Position numbers and translations under genes: made by a program. From assembly GCA_964590225.1 (NCBI GenBank), contig CAZPWS010000011.1:4136-68135 (forward strand): 64,000 nucleotides of DNA, in the 5' to 3' direction. Below the pieces are notes generated by a model. That model was not told the origin of the DNA, made no database searches, and was given only the letters and a program-made list of their open reading frames with translations. Position 1 is the first letter of the stretch; every line of letters begins with the position of its first letter. Below are positions 44,928 to 55,624 of the stretch, one piece after another. Source of the DNA: an uncultured Fibrobacterota bacterium (GTDB taxonomy: Bacteria; Fibrobacterota; OXYB2-FULL-49-7; JAEUSG01).

Positions 44928-47002
44928 CCTGCCTGTTTTTTACTCAGGCGAATCTTTCCGCTAATTGGGTCAATATCCAAAAGTTTTACCGAAATGGTGT
45001 CGCCGATATTTACCACATCCTCTACCTTTGCCACACGCGTGCTGGCAAGTTCGGAAATATGGACCAATCCTTCGCGGCCAGGCATAAACTCAACAAAGCA
45101 ACCAAAATTTTGTATGCCTTTTACGACACCATTATAAACTTTTCCAATTTCAGGCTTCATGGTGATCCGTTCGATCCACGCCTTTGCTTCGCTGCCTCCC
45201 CGACCACCTGTTGATGCAATTAATACCGTACCATCATCGTCGATATTTATTACCGCACCTGTTTTTTCCTGAATTTCCTTGATCACCTTACCTTGCGGAC
45301 CTATTACTGCACCAATATCGGCAACAGCAATTTTTATATTTATAATACGAGGTGCAAACTTAGAGAGTTCTGTCCGCGGTACACTTATGGCTTGCTCCAT
45401 CTTTCCAAGAATGTGCAATCTGCCCTCTTTTGCCTGTTGTAGAGCTCGTCTCATAAGGTCAGGAGTAATACCGTTAATCTTGATATCCATCTGGAATGCG
45501 GTAATACCTTCGCTTGTACCTGTTACCTTGAAATCCATATCGCCAAGGTGGTCTTCATCCCCGAGAATATCAGACAGTATAGCTGTCCTATCGCCTTCCT
45601 GAATGAGTCCCATTGCTATACCGGCAACGGGGGCCTTTATTGGAACACCCGCATCCATAAGAGAGAGCGAACCACCACAGACTGACGCCATTGAAGACGA
45701 ACCGTTCGACTCAAGAATATCAGAAACAACACGGATAGTATATGGGAACTTATCCTTGCTCGGCAACACAGCAGCAAGCGACCTCTCCGCAAGGTGGCCA
45801 TGACCGATCTCACGGCGGCCAGTTCCTCTCATCGCCTTAACCTCGCCGGTCGAGAATGGAGGAAAATTATAATGGAACATATAATCTTTCCAGCTTTCAC
45901 CATGCAGAGCATCAATTTTTTGTTCGTCAAGCTTTGTTCCAAGAGTTGATGCGACAAGCGCCTGTGTTTCACCTCTGGTAAATACTGCTGATCCGTGCGC
46001 TCGCGGCAATACGCTTACTTCGCAAGTAATTGGACGAATCTCATTTGTAGCCCTCGAATCGATACGGATACCTTCGTCGAGAATTCTTGCCCGCATTATA
46101 TCGCTTTCGAATCCGTGAATAATCTCTATTATCGCCTTTTCCTGTTCGGGATATTCAGCAATTAAAGCAGCGACCGCATCCTTTTTTATAGTCTCAATAG
46201 CAACTCTCCGCTCCTCTTTTTTCGCTATCTTATACGCCGCTTTCAGCTTATCCACGGTTATAGCCGAAATTTTATCCTTAAGAGCTGAATCCGTTTCGAC
46301 TTTTTCAAATTTGAACTTCGGCTTACCTACTTCCTTAACAATTTCATCCTGAAGTGCACAAATCTTTTTGATAGCTTCGTGTCCGGCCAAAATTCCCTCA
46401 ATCATTTTTTCTTCGGAAATCTCGAAAGCGCCGCCTTCAACCATCATTATTGAGTCTCGGGAGCCAGCCACTACCATATCGGCTGAACTTTTCTCTAGTT
46501 CTTCAAATGTGGGATTGATAATAAACTTATCATCAACGAGTGCGACACGGACACCAGCAACCGGACCGGCAAAGGGAATATCTGAGATACAAAGTGCAAG
46601 ACTTGCAGCAGAGATAGCAAGCATATCGGCGTCGTTCTCTTGATCCTGCGAAATTATAGTCGCTATTACCTGTGTATCGTTCATAAATCCTTCAGGGAAT
46701 AGCGGACGGATTGGTCGATCGACACAACGAGCAGCTAAAATCTCTTTCTCTGATGGTTTTGATTCCCGCTTAAAGAAACCACCGGGGATTTTTCCTGCGG
46801 CATAAGCCCGTTCCCTGTATTCAACCTGCAATGGGAAAAAATCCTGCCCATCTTTTACTTCTTTAGATACACAAGCCGTTACGAGCACCATGGTCTCTCC
46901 CATTCTCGCAACCGCCGCGCCATTAGCCTGTTTTGCCCATTTGCCTGTTTCAAGTGAAAATGGATGCCCATTAAGCTCCATCTCTTTTCGTATTAATTGC
47001 AT
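44924..47002 (-). CDS. pnp: Polynucleotide phosphorylase
   Basis: Two RNase PH domains plus KH (GPQGKVIKEIQEKTGA) and S1 domains. 692 aa. Confidence 0.95.
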   Translation of the reverse strand: MQLIRKEMELNGHPFSLETGKWAKQANGAAVARMGETMVLVTACVSKEVKDGQDFFPLQVEYRERAYAAGKIPGGFFKRESKPSEKEILAARCVDRPIRPLFPEGFMNDTQVIATIISQDQENDADMLAISAASLALCISDIPFAGPVAGVRVALVDDKFIINPTFEELEKSSADMVVAGSRDSIMMVEGGAFEISEEKMIEGILAGHEAIKKICALQDEIVKEVGKPKFKFEKVETDSALKDKISAITVDKLKAAYKIAKKEERRVAIETIKKDAVAALIAEYPEQEKAIIEIIHGFESDIMRARILDEGIRIDSRATNEIRPITCEVSVLPRAHGSAVFTRGETQALVASTLGTKLDEQKIDALHGESWKDYMFHYNFPPFSTGEVKAMRGTGRREIGHGHLAERSLAAVLPSKDKFPYTIRVVSDILESNGSSSMASVCGGSLSLMDAGVPIKAPVAGIAMGLIQEGDRTAILSDILGDEDHLGDMDFKVTGTSEGITAFQMDIKINGITPDLMRRALQQAKEGRLHILGKMEQAISVPRTELSKFAPRIINIKIAVADIGAVIGPQGKVIKEIQEKTGAVINIDDDGTVLIASTGGRGGSEAKAWIERITMKPEIGKVYNGVVKGIQNFGCFVEFMPGREGLVHISELASTRVAKVEDVVNIGDTISVKLLDIDPISGKIRLSKKQAG

Positions 47003-47023
47003 TTTTACTCCGATTTAAATTTT

Positions 47024-47293
47024 TTAGCGGCGAATATTAAGTTCCTTAATAACAGCACGATATCTTTCAACATCCTTTTTGTGCAGATATTGGAGGAGAG
47101 AACGACGCTTATTGACCATCATTATGAGACCTCTCCGCGAATGGTTATCCTGAGCATGTTCCTTTAAGTGCTCAGACAAGTGGTTTATTTTCTCAGTAAG
47201 TATAGCAACCTGTACCTCTGTTTTACCAGTATTGTTCTCGTTTCCACCGAACTTAACAGTAAGTTCCTTTTTTTTCTCAACAGTAACTTTCAA
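47024..47293 (-). CDS. rpsO: 30S ribosomal protein S15
   Basis: [20 protein letters not shown] and the C-terminal NIRR. 89 aa. Confidence 0.9.
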   Translation of the reverse strand: MKVTVEKKKELTVKFGGNENNTGKTEVQVAILTEKINHLSEHLKEHAQDNHSRRGLIMMVNKRRSLLQYLHKKDVERYRAVIKELNIRR

Positions 47294-48242
47294 GCGACTC
47301 CTCCTTTTGATTTTTTTTATTTATCATTACAGCAATATCATCTGTTATTTTCTTTTCAAGTTCTTTGATGTTCCTAAAAACCTGCTGTTGCCGTATAAAC
47401 CCTTCAACAAACAAATCTACCTTTCTGCCATAAAGGTCCCCCGAATATCCGGGTATATGCACCTCAAGTGCCCTTTCGACTGCAACACCAAATGAAGGGC
47501 GGCTTCCAAGCGAAACAACCGCATTCCACTTTTTCTTATCTATACAGATTACCCCGTAATAGACTCCATCGGGCATGAGGAGCTTCTCTCTTTCGACCGC
47601 CACATTGGCAGTCGGGAAGCCCAATTGGCGACCCCGTCCGTAACCTCTCACAACCGGCCCCCTTATAAAGTAGGGACGACCAAGAAGCGATGACGCAGCC
47701 TCCATCCTGCCCAAGGCTACAAGCTCCCGTATTACGGTACTGCTTATTGTGTAACCCTGGAACCCCAAAGAGCGAGCCCGATGGACCCGCACCCGATACT
47801 TTTCGCACGCCTTACGAACAAGATCATAACCACCCTGTCGCTTGGCACCAAAACGGTGATCGTAACCAAGAACGATCTCCTTCGGGGCAAGATACTTAAA
47901 GATAATATTTTCAAGGAATGATATTGCATCCATTTTTTTCATTCTGCCACCAAATGGAGCCAACACAAGAGCATCAATACCACTTTTTTCTATAAGAAAG
48001 GCTTTTTCATGACTTGGGGACAAAACCTTAAGCATTCCTTCAGATGTACAGCTTGGCGCAAGAACAGATTGTGTATGAGGCTCAAATGAAAGTACAACAG
48101 AGGGGCCATTAACAGCTTTGGCTCTTTCGATAACCTTTTTAAATACGAAAAGATGGCCACGATGACATCCATCAAAGTTACCGACGGTAACCACACCACC
48201 ACGATACTGAGTGCAATTAGCGAATCTCCTAATGACTCTCAT
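47277..48242 (-). CDS. ribF: Bifunctional riboflavin kinase / FAD synthetase
   Basis: [13 protein letters not shown] nucleotidyltransferase motif and a C-terminal riboflavin kinase PTAN motif (GFPTAN). Confidence 0.85.
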   Translation of the reverse strand: MRVIRRFANCTQYRGGVVTVGNFDGCHRGHLFVFKKVIERAKAVNGPSVVLSFEPHTQSVLAPSCTSEGMLKVLSPSHEKAFLIEKSGIDALVLAPFGGRMKKMDAISFLENIIFKYLAPKEIVLGYDHRFGAKRQGGYDLVRKACEKYRVRVHRARSLGFQGYTISSTVIRELVALGRMEAASSLLGRPYFIRGPVVRGYGRGRQLGFPTANVAVEREKLLMPDGVYYGVICIDKKKWNAVVSLGSRPSFGVAVERALEVHIPGYSGDLYGRKVDLFVEGFIRQQQVFRNIKELEKKITDDIAVMINKKNQKEESLESYC

Positions 48243-49141
48243 ACAAGCATCCTGTCGGGTTGAAGTACAATACCTTTACCTATATCTTTTGCTATTGCAA
48301 TGCAAATAGGCTTGTTTTCGGCACTCTTAACCAATATGAAGCGACTAATGGTATTCTTAGCAAATTCGCAATCTGTGCAATGAATGTACGCACCTCTCCT
48401 TATGCGTGCCTCTTCCTCGTTATTCACGCAATACGACCTGAAAAAACTGAGCGCAACAGAAATTGGAATAACCGCCCGACAAACAGCTTCACTATCGACA
48501 CGATCTGTAATCTGTATTGCTTTTTCGATGTTATACTCACCAATTGACTCCCTTATTAACTTTGTTAGATGGGCTCCACATCCAAGTTTATCACCAATGT
48601 CTCTCACAATAGATCTTATGTATGTGCCCTTCGAACACTTTATCCGGAAAGAGGCAACGCCACTGTTCCGATTGTATCCACAGAACTCAATATTGTAAAC
48701 AATAATCCGTCGTTCTGGAATATCAACCACACTTCCACTCCGTGCTACACTATATGCTCTGCGCCCATTTAACTTCACAGCAGAAAACTGCGGTGGTCTC
48801 TGAAGCTGTTCTCCTATAAAACAATTTAGCAACTGGATAATTTGCGCCTCTGAAACATCTTTAAAGCTACCATTAAATATAACCGTACCCTCTTTGTCGT
48901 CTGTGTCGGTTTTTTTGCCAAGCTGGAATTCAACATAATAAGTTTTATCCATCCCTTCAAAAAAACGAAGAACCCTTGTTCCTGTACCAACGCCAACCAC
49001 AAGTACGCCGCTTGCCATTGGATCAAGCGTTCCGGCATGACCAGCCTTACTAATACCGTATGTGCGGGCAAATTTTCTGACAAGAAAAGCCGAAGATATT
49101 CCCTCTTGCTTATCAATTATTATCAGTCCGTTCATTTCCAT
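48239..49141 (-). CDS. truB: tRNA pseudouridine(55) synthase
   Basis: GHAGTLDPMASGVL catalytic Asp motif. 300 aa. Confidence 0.85.
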   Translation of the reverse strand: MEMNGLIIIDKQEGISSAFLVRKFARTYGISKAGHAGTLDPMASGVLVVGVGTGTRVLRFFEGMDKTYYVEFQLGKKTDTDDKEGTVIFNGSFKDVSEAQIIQLLNCFIGEQLQRPPQFSAVKLNGRRAYSVARSGSVVDIPERRIIVYNIEFCGYNRNSGVASFRIKCSKGTYIRSIVRDIGDKLGCGAHLTKLIRESIGEYNIEKAIQITDRVDSEAVCRAVIPISVALSFFRSYCVNNEEEARIRRGAYIHCTDCEFAKNTISRFILVKSAENKPICIAIAKDIGKGIVLQPDRMLV

Positions 49142-49144
49142 CTG

Positions 49145-50107
49145 TTAATTGAAGATGCCTGCTGCCACTGAGAGGACCATTTCTCTGGCCTTATTAATGT
49201 CGGCCACAATTGTACAACCGGAAGCGGCTTCATGACCGCCGCCATCAAAACGAGAAGCCATATTCCTCACATTTACACCGCCGTAAGAACGAAAACAGAC
49301 CTTTGTTTTTTCTTTTTGCTCAATAAGAAGAATACCAACCTCAACACCTTTAATAGAAAGTGTATAATTGGAGAGTCCTTCAAGGTCCGACTCCCTCGCG
49401 CCCGATTCAACCATATCCGACAAGCTTATTTGCATTACACAAAGTGCCCCACCAAAGTAAATTTGCATACTGCTATACATCTTTGCTTCAATTAGAATTC
49501 GAGACATTTCTTTATCGAGAAAAATCCTACGATATAACTCATGAGGCTGCGCGCCATATTCAATTAGTTTTGCGGCAATAGATAATGTATTGGCAGTCGT
49601 ATTAGAGAAACGAAATCCTCCCGTATCCACAAGCAGACCGGAATAAAGTGCAGACGCAGAAATTGCATCCGGCACGACACCAAGCTCCGTAAATAATTCA
49701 TAAATCATTTCAACAGTAGCCGCAGAATTACCGTTTATCCAGTTAACATCACCATAGGCCGGATTATCACCGTGATGATCGATAACTACAAGCTTTCTGC
49801 CCGCCCGTAATTTTACAGTACCAGTCCTCTCGTATCGAGATGTATCGAGAACAATCCAGGTATCCGCGACCTCTGCCTCCGGCGAGACAGCTGTCTGAAT
49901 ATGAACTGTTTCTTCGATAAACGAATGCGGTTTGGACAATCTGCCTTCGTTAATTATAAAACTCTTTTTACCCAACGCCAATAAGAGCCGTTGAAGTGCA
50001 ACACACGAACCAACGCCATCGGCATCAGGGTTAATATGAGTTGTAAGTATGAAGGTTTTACCTTCATGAATACTATTCAGAACTTGTTGAGGAATCATTT
50101 TTGCCAA
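49145..50107 (-). CDS. nrnA: DHH-family phosphoesterase (NrnA-like oligoribonuclease/pAp phosphatase)
   Basis: DHH motif (VVIDHHGDN) and a DHHA1-like C-terminus. A later Met may be the true start, because the track start overlaps rbfA. Confidence 0.7.
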   Translation of the reverse strand: MAKMIPQQVLNSIHEGKTFILTTHINPDADGVGSCVALQRLLLALGKKSFIINEGRLSKPHSFIEETVHIQTAVSPEAEVADTWIVLDTSRYERTGTVKLRAGRKLVVIDHHGDNPAYGDVNWINGNSAATVEMIYELFTELGVVPDAISASALYSGLLVDTGGFRFSNTTANTLSIAAKLIEYGAQPHELYRRIFLDKEMSRILIEAKMYSSMQIYFGGALCVMQISLSDMVESGARESDLEGLSNYTLSIKGVEVGILLIEQKEKTKVCFRSYGGVNVRNMASRFDGGGHEAASGCTIVADINKAREMVLSVAAGIFN

Positions 50108-50432
50108 GATTATTCAAAATGGAAAGGACTCTATCTCCACTCTCAAGGCCATCGTCATAAATAAAACGAAGTTCGGGCATATTTTTTATTCTTATTATGG
50201 CAGCCGTCTCCCTCCTTATATAGGAGGCCGACGCTTCAAGACCCGATAAAAGTGACTTTCGTCCGTTAGACGAAAATGAACTTACAAAAATAGTAGCATT
50301 GCGTAAATCAGGGCTAACACTAACAGAGGTAACTGTAACCGAAACAATTCGGGGATCTTTAACTTTCCTCTGTAAAACTTCCGTAACCGCTCTCAATAAA
50401 GCATCTTCAACTCTTTTTGGTCTAACTCCCAC
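50073..50432 (-). CDS. rbfA: Ribosome-binding factor A
   Basis: RbfA N-terminal KH-like profile (RVEDALLRAVTEVLQRKVKDPRI ... VSVTVTSVSVSPDLRNATIFVS). Confidence 0.8.
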   Translation of the reverse strand: MGVRPKRVEDALLRAVTEVLQRKVKDPRIVSVTVTSVSVSPDLRNATIFVSSFSSNGRKSLLSGLEASASYIRRETAAIIRIKNMPELRFIYDDGLESGDRVLSILNNLGKNDSSTSSE

Positions 50433-50434
50433 CT

Positions 50435-53089
50435 TTACTCAGCTTTCTTAATTTTTTGTATTTCGTAGAATTCAAAAATATCGTCAACTTCACAATCATT
50501 GAAACCATCAAGTACTATGCCACACTCAAAGCCAGCCAAGACTTCACCTACATCGTCCTTGTGTCTTTTAAGCGAACCTACCTTCACATCGGCAATTACT
50601 TCGTCTTTCCGTATAACACGGACACGAGCCGATCTCTTGATAGTCCCACTTTCTACATGCGAACCCGCTATAGTACCAAGTCTGGAAATCTTGAAAAGTT
50701 CCCTAACCTTTGCGGTACCAAGAATCACCTCTTTCTCAACGGGCTCAAGCATACCATCAATGGCCTTTTGCAGTGACTCTATCGCTTCGTAGATGATTTT
50801 ATAGAGCCTGATTTCCACACCTTCGCTCTCAGCAAGTTCTCGCACTTTACTATTTGGATTAACATGGAATCCAATTATAACAGCATTTGTTGTAGCAGCA
50901 AGTAGCACATCGCTTTCTTTAATTGAACCAACGCTTTTATGAACAATATTTACTTTAAGTTTATCGTTAGTTAACTTGGCAAGCGAATCAGAGAGCGCTT
51001 CAACTGAGCCATCAACATCTCCCTTAACAATAAGATTAAGATCCTTAGCACCCTGTTTAATCTCCGAATACAAATCATCAAGGGAAATGTGCTTGATCTG
51101 CCTGATCTCCCGTTCTTTTTCCGCCTGTGACCGTTTTACAGATATATCCCTCGCCACCCGTTCGTTCTCAACAACAACAAACGAGTCTCCAGCGCGAGGG
51201 GTGCCGGAAAGGCCAAGTACCCGTACAGGAGTTGAAGGACCAGCTGATTCAATTCGATTAAGGTGTTCGTCTGTCATCTGCTTAACTCTTCCATAATGCG
51301 AACCCGTAACAAAATCGTCGCCAAGCTTTAGGGTTCCGTTTTGGATGAGTACAGTAGCTACGGCACCAAGACGGGTATCCATACGAGCCTCAATAATAGT
51401 TCCAATCGCAGCCTTGTTTGGATTGCCCTTTAATTCAAGGAGTTCAGCCTCCGCAGCAACCATATCAAGAAGTTTTTCAATATTAAGCCCACTCTTGCAG
51501 GAAATTTCTACGGACACAACATTGCCTCCGAAATCTTCGACAACAACCCCATGCTTGGTAAGTTCCTGCTTAATCTGCATAGGGTTAGCAGTCGGCAAGT
51601 CAACCTTGTTAATTGCCACTACAATTTTTACACCAGCAGCCTTTGCGTGGTCAATGGATTCAATAGTTTGCGGCATAACATGGCTATCGGCGGCTATCAC
51701 GAGAATTATTATATCGGTTATTCTTGCGCCACGGGCACGCATTGTTGCAAAGGCTTCGTGGCCAGGAGTATCGAGAAACGCAATTGGGCCATGAGCCGTA
51801 TTCACTCTATATGCACCAATATGCTGGGTTATGCCACCAGCTTCGCCTGCCATAACATTTGTTCTTCTGATATAATCAAGAAGAGAGGTTTTGCCATGGT
51901 CAACATGACCCATAACGGTAACAATTGGAGCCCGAAGTACAAGCTCCCCCCCCTCATCGTCACTACTCTCTTTCAAAATATTCTCTTCTGCGTATTCTTC
52001 CATTAGCTTGGCTTCATAGCCAAACTCATCAACCACAGCCGCCATTGTAGTAAAATCCAGCCGCTGGTTCATTGTTGCCATTATTCCAAGCCGCATACAA
52101 GCAGCGATAACTTCAGCTGGCTTAACATTCATAATATTAGCCACCTCGGCAACCGACATAAAGTCGCTTATATATAGAGTTTTATCATCTTCTAATTCTC
52201 CTGCATCATCATACGCTTTACGATATCTCTTTCGCGACGCAGTATTTTCAATATTGATTTTTGCCATTGTCCGCTTAACAGCATCTTTCGCCGCAATTGT
52301 ATCTTCGACTGTCTTTTTCTTTTTCTTTTTTCTGCGTCTTTGACCGCCGCCGGAAGCGCCACCGAAAAGCGCTTTTGGATCATCCTTGGCTCCCTTTGGT
52401 GATTGAATTGGAGCAACCACCTCATCTTCATACTCAATTTCTTCTATAACCTCCTGTACCTCTTCCTCAACTTCTTCGTACTCATCCTCATTTGCTGCTA
52501 TTACAGGTACTTTCATCGCCGTAAGCGCCTTTTCGAGTCTTGCCACTGATCGTGCCTCAACATCCAGCGCCTCGCGAGCTAATCGCTCCTTTTCTTTTTC
52601 CTTTTCCCGTTCTTTCTCTTTCTCTCTCAACGCATTCTGTTCAGCGAGCTCCTTAAGAGAAATTACATCCCTGCCAGAGTGCGGCATAACGGGATCTGTG
52701 TGACCATGCCCTGCCGTTTTTACCAATGGGTCCGTAGCTTTGGCCGCTGCAGCTTCGACAGCAGTAATTTCCGCTGATACAGTTTCTTCTGGTATTGAAG
52801 CAATTGCAGCAACAGCACCTTTTCGGATTACTGTTGACTTTTTTCCTGCGACAGCCTTATTGCTTTTGGGTGTAATTGAGGACTCAGCAGAAACAACAGT
52901 CTCTTTTTTCAGACTCTTTTTGCGGCTGACCACACCATGATGTGCGACAGGAGTAGCTGGTGAAGCTACATCGCCTGAAAGAGAGCCAAATAACTCTTCC
53001 TCAATTTTTTTTCTGTCTGCCTCAGTTACTTCAACCTTCGCAGAAACAACCACCTTCTTATCGCTTTCGCTCTTTTTTATAACCGCCAT
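50435..53089 (-). CDS. infB: Translation initiation factor IF-2
   Basis: G-domain VTVMGHVDHGKTSLLD ... DTPGHEAF ... NKVD. The start MAVIKK at 53089 has a GAAGGGAAG SD. The track start at 53125 is probably an upstream extension. Confidence 0.93.
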   Translation of the reverse strand: MAVIKKSESDKKVVVSAKVEVTEADRKKIEEELFGSLSGDVASPATPVAHHGVVSRKKSLKKETVVSAESSITPKSNKAVAGKKSTVIRKGAVAAIASIPEETVSAEITAVEAAAAKATDPLVKTAGHGHTDPVMPHSGRDVISLKELAEQNALREKEKEREKEKEKERLAREALDVEARSVARLEKALTAMKVPVIAANEDEYEEVEEEVQEVIEEIEYEDEVVAPIQSPKGAKDDPKALFGGASGGGQRRRKKKKKKTVEDTIAAKDAVKRTMAKINIENTASRKRYRKAYDDAGELEDDKTLYISDFMSVAEVANIMNVKPAEVIAACMRLGIMATMNQRLDFTTMAAVVDEFGYEAKLMEEYAEENILKESSDDEGGELVLRAPIVTVMGHVDHGKTSLLDYIRRTNVMAGEAGGITQHIGAYRVNTAHGPIAFLDTPGHEAFATMRARGARITDIIILVIAADSHVMPQTIESIDHAKAAGVKIVVAINKVDLPTANPMQIKQELTKHGVVVEDFGGNVVSVEISCKSGLNIEKLLDMVAAEAELLELKGNPNKAAIGTIIEARMDTRLGAVATVLIQNGTLKLGDDFVTGSHYGRVKQMTDEHLNRIESAGPSTPVRVLGLSGTPRAGDSFVVVENERVARDISVKRSQAEKEREIRQIKHISLDDLYSEIKQGAKDLNLIVKGDVDGSVEALSDSLAKLTNDKLKVNIVHKSVGSIKESDVLLAATTNAVIIGFHVNPNSKVRELAESEGVEIRLYKIIYEAIESLQKAIDGMLEPVEKEVILGTAKVRELFKISRLGTIAGSHVESGTIKRSARVRVIRKDEVIADVKVGSLKRHKDDVGEVLAGFECGIVLDGFNDCEVDDIFEFYEIQKIKKAE

Positions 53090-53125
53090 ATTACACTTCC
53101 CTTCAGTACAATAGCACCAAAACAA

Positions 53126-54295
53126 CTACCCTCTTTTAGACCGCGCCGATGTAGATGCAAGAGGATCAGCGTGAACATCAGCCTCAGCAACAGTTATATC
53201 TTCTTCGGAATCCTGCATACCTTTAGTTAACGCCGCCTCTCTCTCCTCTTCCGACATCTTTGCAAAATCATCTGTTCCAAAAACATCTATCTGCTTCTTA
53301 AGCAATTTACTTACAAGGCGAATATTCTGCCCACTCTTACCTATGGCCTGCGCAAGATTTTCCTGCTGTACTATAGAAACAATTTTGTTGTCTCCGACGA
53401 AATAAATTTTCTTAACTTCGGAAGGCTGAAAAGCCCGCTTAACATATACATCAAGATTATCGTTCCAGTGAACAATATCGATTCGCTCACCTGACAACTC
53501 CCTAACTATTGCTTGTACCCTGTTTCCCTTCATTCCAACGCAAGAGCCTACCGGATCAATCCTATCGTCCTTGGAATACACAGCAATCTTCGCTCGCTTG
53601 CCAGGATCCCTTGCTACACCTTTGATTTCAACAATTTTATCGTAGATTTCAGGCACTTCAAGCTCAAATAGTTTTACAAGAAACTGCGGATGCGTTCTGG
53701 ACAATATTACCTGTGCACCAGATGTACCATCATCAACTTTGAGTATATATGCCCTGATGGTGTCGCCTTGCCTGTACTTTTCTCCACGGATTTGCTCGTT
53801 TGGAGGAATAATTGCCTCTGTACGGCCAAGATTAACAAGAATAATTCCACGGTCAACTTGCTGTACTGAACCGGTAATAAGCTCACCAACCCTGTCCTTA
53901 TAGTCCTCAAAAATTTTCCGTCTTTCGAGATCACGAATCCTTTGCACAACCATCTGCTTTATGGAGAGTATGATAGTGCGTCCGAATTCATCAAGGGTAA
54001 TATCACGGACAATCTGATCGCCTACCTCAACATCCGGTTCGATCTCCTGAGCCTCTTCAAGAAGCATCTCCTTTTCTTCGTTTCCTTCCGTGTAGGCATC
54101 AACAACATTTACAACAAGTTGTATTTCGATTCCGCTTGTTACTCTATTGATTTTTACATCAATAAACTTATCAAGTTCGAGATATCGCTTAGCAGCGGTG
54201 ACAAAAGCCCCCTTAATTGTGTCCTCTACTACACCCTGTGAAATGTTTTTCTCTTTTGAGATCTGCATTATCAGCTCGTTCACATCAAGATTCAT
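53126..54295 (-). CDS. nusA: Transcription termination/antitermination factor NusA
   Basis: NusA N-terminal domain, S1 and two KH domains. 389 aa, with no C-terminal AR repeats. Confidence 0.9.
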   Translation of the reverse strand: MNLDVNELIMQISKEKNISQGVVEDTIKGAFVTAAKRYLELDKFIDVKINRVTSGIEIQLVVNVVDAYTEGNEEKEMLLEEAQEIEPDVEVGDQIVRDITLDEFGRTIILSIKQMVVQRIRDLERRKIFEDYKDRVGELITGSVQQVDRGIILVNLGRTEAIIPPNEQIRGEKYRQGDTIRAYILKVDDGTSGAQVILSRTHPQFLVKLFELEVPEIYDKIVEIKGVARDPGKRAKIAVYSKDDRIDPVGSCVGMKGNRVQAIVRELSGERIDIVHWNDNLDVYVKRAFQPSEVKKIYFVGDNKIVSIVQQENLAQAIGKSGQNIRLVSKLLKKQIDVFGTDDFAKMSEEEREAALTKGMQDSEEDITVAEADVHADPLASTSARSKRG

Positions 54296-54320
54296 GTAGC
54301 TCCTCCAAATTATTTAACAG

Positions 54321-54767
54321 CTAAAATTTAATTATTTGCTTTGCCTTTATAATTGCCGTTAGTGGTATTTCTGTTTTCTCACCATTTTTACCAAGCAGCA
54401 CAAGCTGTCCACTATTCACAGAGTTTATAATACCCTCAAGCTCTTTTTCTGCACCTTCTATCAGGTACAAGAGTCTTATATGCCGTCCTTCTTTTCTGAT
54501 AAAATCAGCCTCTGATTTAAGTGGGCGATCTATACCTGGAGAAGAGACCTCGATCAGCAGATTATCGGGAAGATCCGCCTCGACAAGAGAGAGAACGGAG
54601 AGTTCCTTTGCTATTCGTCCACATTCATTAACCGTAATACCGCCCTTTTTATCGACTATTACTCTCGCAATGGACCTTTTCCCTGAACGAAAACACGACA
54701 CCTCAAGAATATCAACTTCTTGTCTTGCGACAATAGAACTAAGTAGAGCAGCAATTTTTTCGTTCAT
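54321..54767 (-). CDS. rimP: Ribosome maturation factor RimP
   Basis: RimP profile (LLSSIVARQEVDILEVSCFRSGKRSIARVIVDKKGGITVNECGRIAKELS). I chose the ATG at 54767 (MNEK...). The track's GTG at 54791 lies only 4 nt from the T-run of the upstream hairpin. Confidence 0.8.
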   Translation of the reverse strand: MNEKIAALLSSIVARQEVDILEVSCFRSGKRSIARVIVDKKGGITVNECGRIAKELSVLSLVEADLPDNLLIEVSSPGIDRPLKSEADFIRKEGRHIRLLYLIEGAEKELEGIINSVNSGQLVLLGKNGEKTEIPLTAIIKAKQIIKF

Positions 54768-54794
54768 GCCAAAAGAACCTATCTTCTCCACAAG

Positions 54795-54825
54795 AAAAAA
54801 AAATGGGGTCTTTGGTCAAGACCCC
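54795..54825 (-). terminator. Perfect 8 bp GC-rich hairpin plus a 9-nt T-run on the minus strand, between truA and rimP
   Basis: Plus strand shows AAAAAAAAAT-GGGGTCTT-tggtc-AAGACCCC. On the minus strand this reads as stem GGGGTCTT/AAGACCCC with a 5 nt loop followed by UUUUUUUUU. Confidence 0.5.
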
Positions 54826-54889
54826 GAACCCGTAAACAACGATTCATTGTAAAGATAATCAATGTTATTGGCTCAACACAAGACTTGGT

Positions 54890-55615
54890 TTATGGATAAT
54901 CAACCCGTACCAGAGTTAAACCGTGAGCAGGAGCGCAAAATGTCTTTTTCCCCTCGTCTCCATTTAAAAGCCGCTCCAAAATCATGGGGTCTGCCCTCCC
55001 CTTGCCAATCGCAAGTAGTGTCCCTACAATAATTCTAACCATTTTATGGAGGAACCTGTTAGCGGTAATGTTAAAAAAAAGCCTATCCCCATCTGTAATG
55101 ATGCTTAGTTCATAAACGGTACATAAGGTTGACTTTTTCCCCGGATCCACCGATAATTGTTTGAAGTCATGCGTTCCGAGAATAGATTGAGCGGCATTTC
55201 GCATTAGCTCAATATCTATGCCACACATTACCGTATAGCATTTTCGTCGATCGATTGCTACCTTTCGTCTTGAAACTGTATATGTATAGGAACGAGCGAG
55301 GGCAGAGTATCGTGCATGGAAGCTCTCATCGACTTCCGCCACACTCTTTATGGCTATTCCCTCCCTAAGTATCCCGTTCAGAGACTGCATAAGCTGGTGC
55401 ATAGTCATTAACAGCTTATTAACCTTAAAATTGGCAACTTGCCCAATCGCGTGAACACCGGTATCTGTTCTGCCGGCACCAATTATTGTAACACGCTCCC
55501 TTAAGATGATTTCAAGAGCTTTTTCAATTGATTCCTGCACGGTATCCGCATCTTTTTGAATTTGCCATCCGTGATACAAGGAACCGTCATACTCAATATC
55601 GAGTCTTATATTCAT
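54890..55615 (-). CDS. truA: tRNA pseudouridine(38-40) synthase
   Basis: GAGRTDTGVHA catalytic Asp motif. 241 aa. Confidence 0.85.
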   Translation of the reverse strand: MNIRLDIEYDGSLYHGWQIQKDADTVQESIEKALEIILRERVTIIGAGRTDTGVHAIGQVANFKVNKLLMTMHQLMQSLNGILREGIAIKSVAEVDESFHARYSALARSYTYTVSRRKVAIDRRKCYTVMCGIDIELMRNAAQSILGTHDFKQLSVDPGKKSTLCTVYELSIITDGDRLFFNITANRFLHKMVRIIVGTLLAIGKGRADPMILERLLNGDEGKKTFCAPAHGLTLVRVDYP

Positions 55616-55624
55616 TCAATAAGC

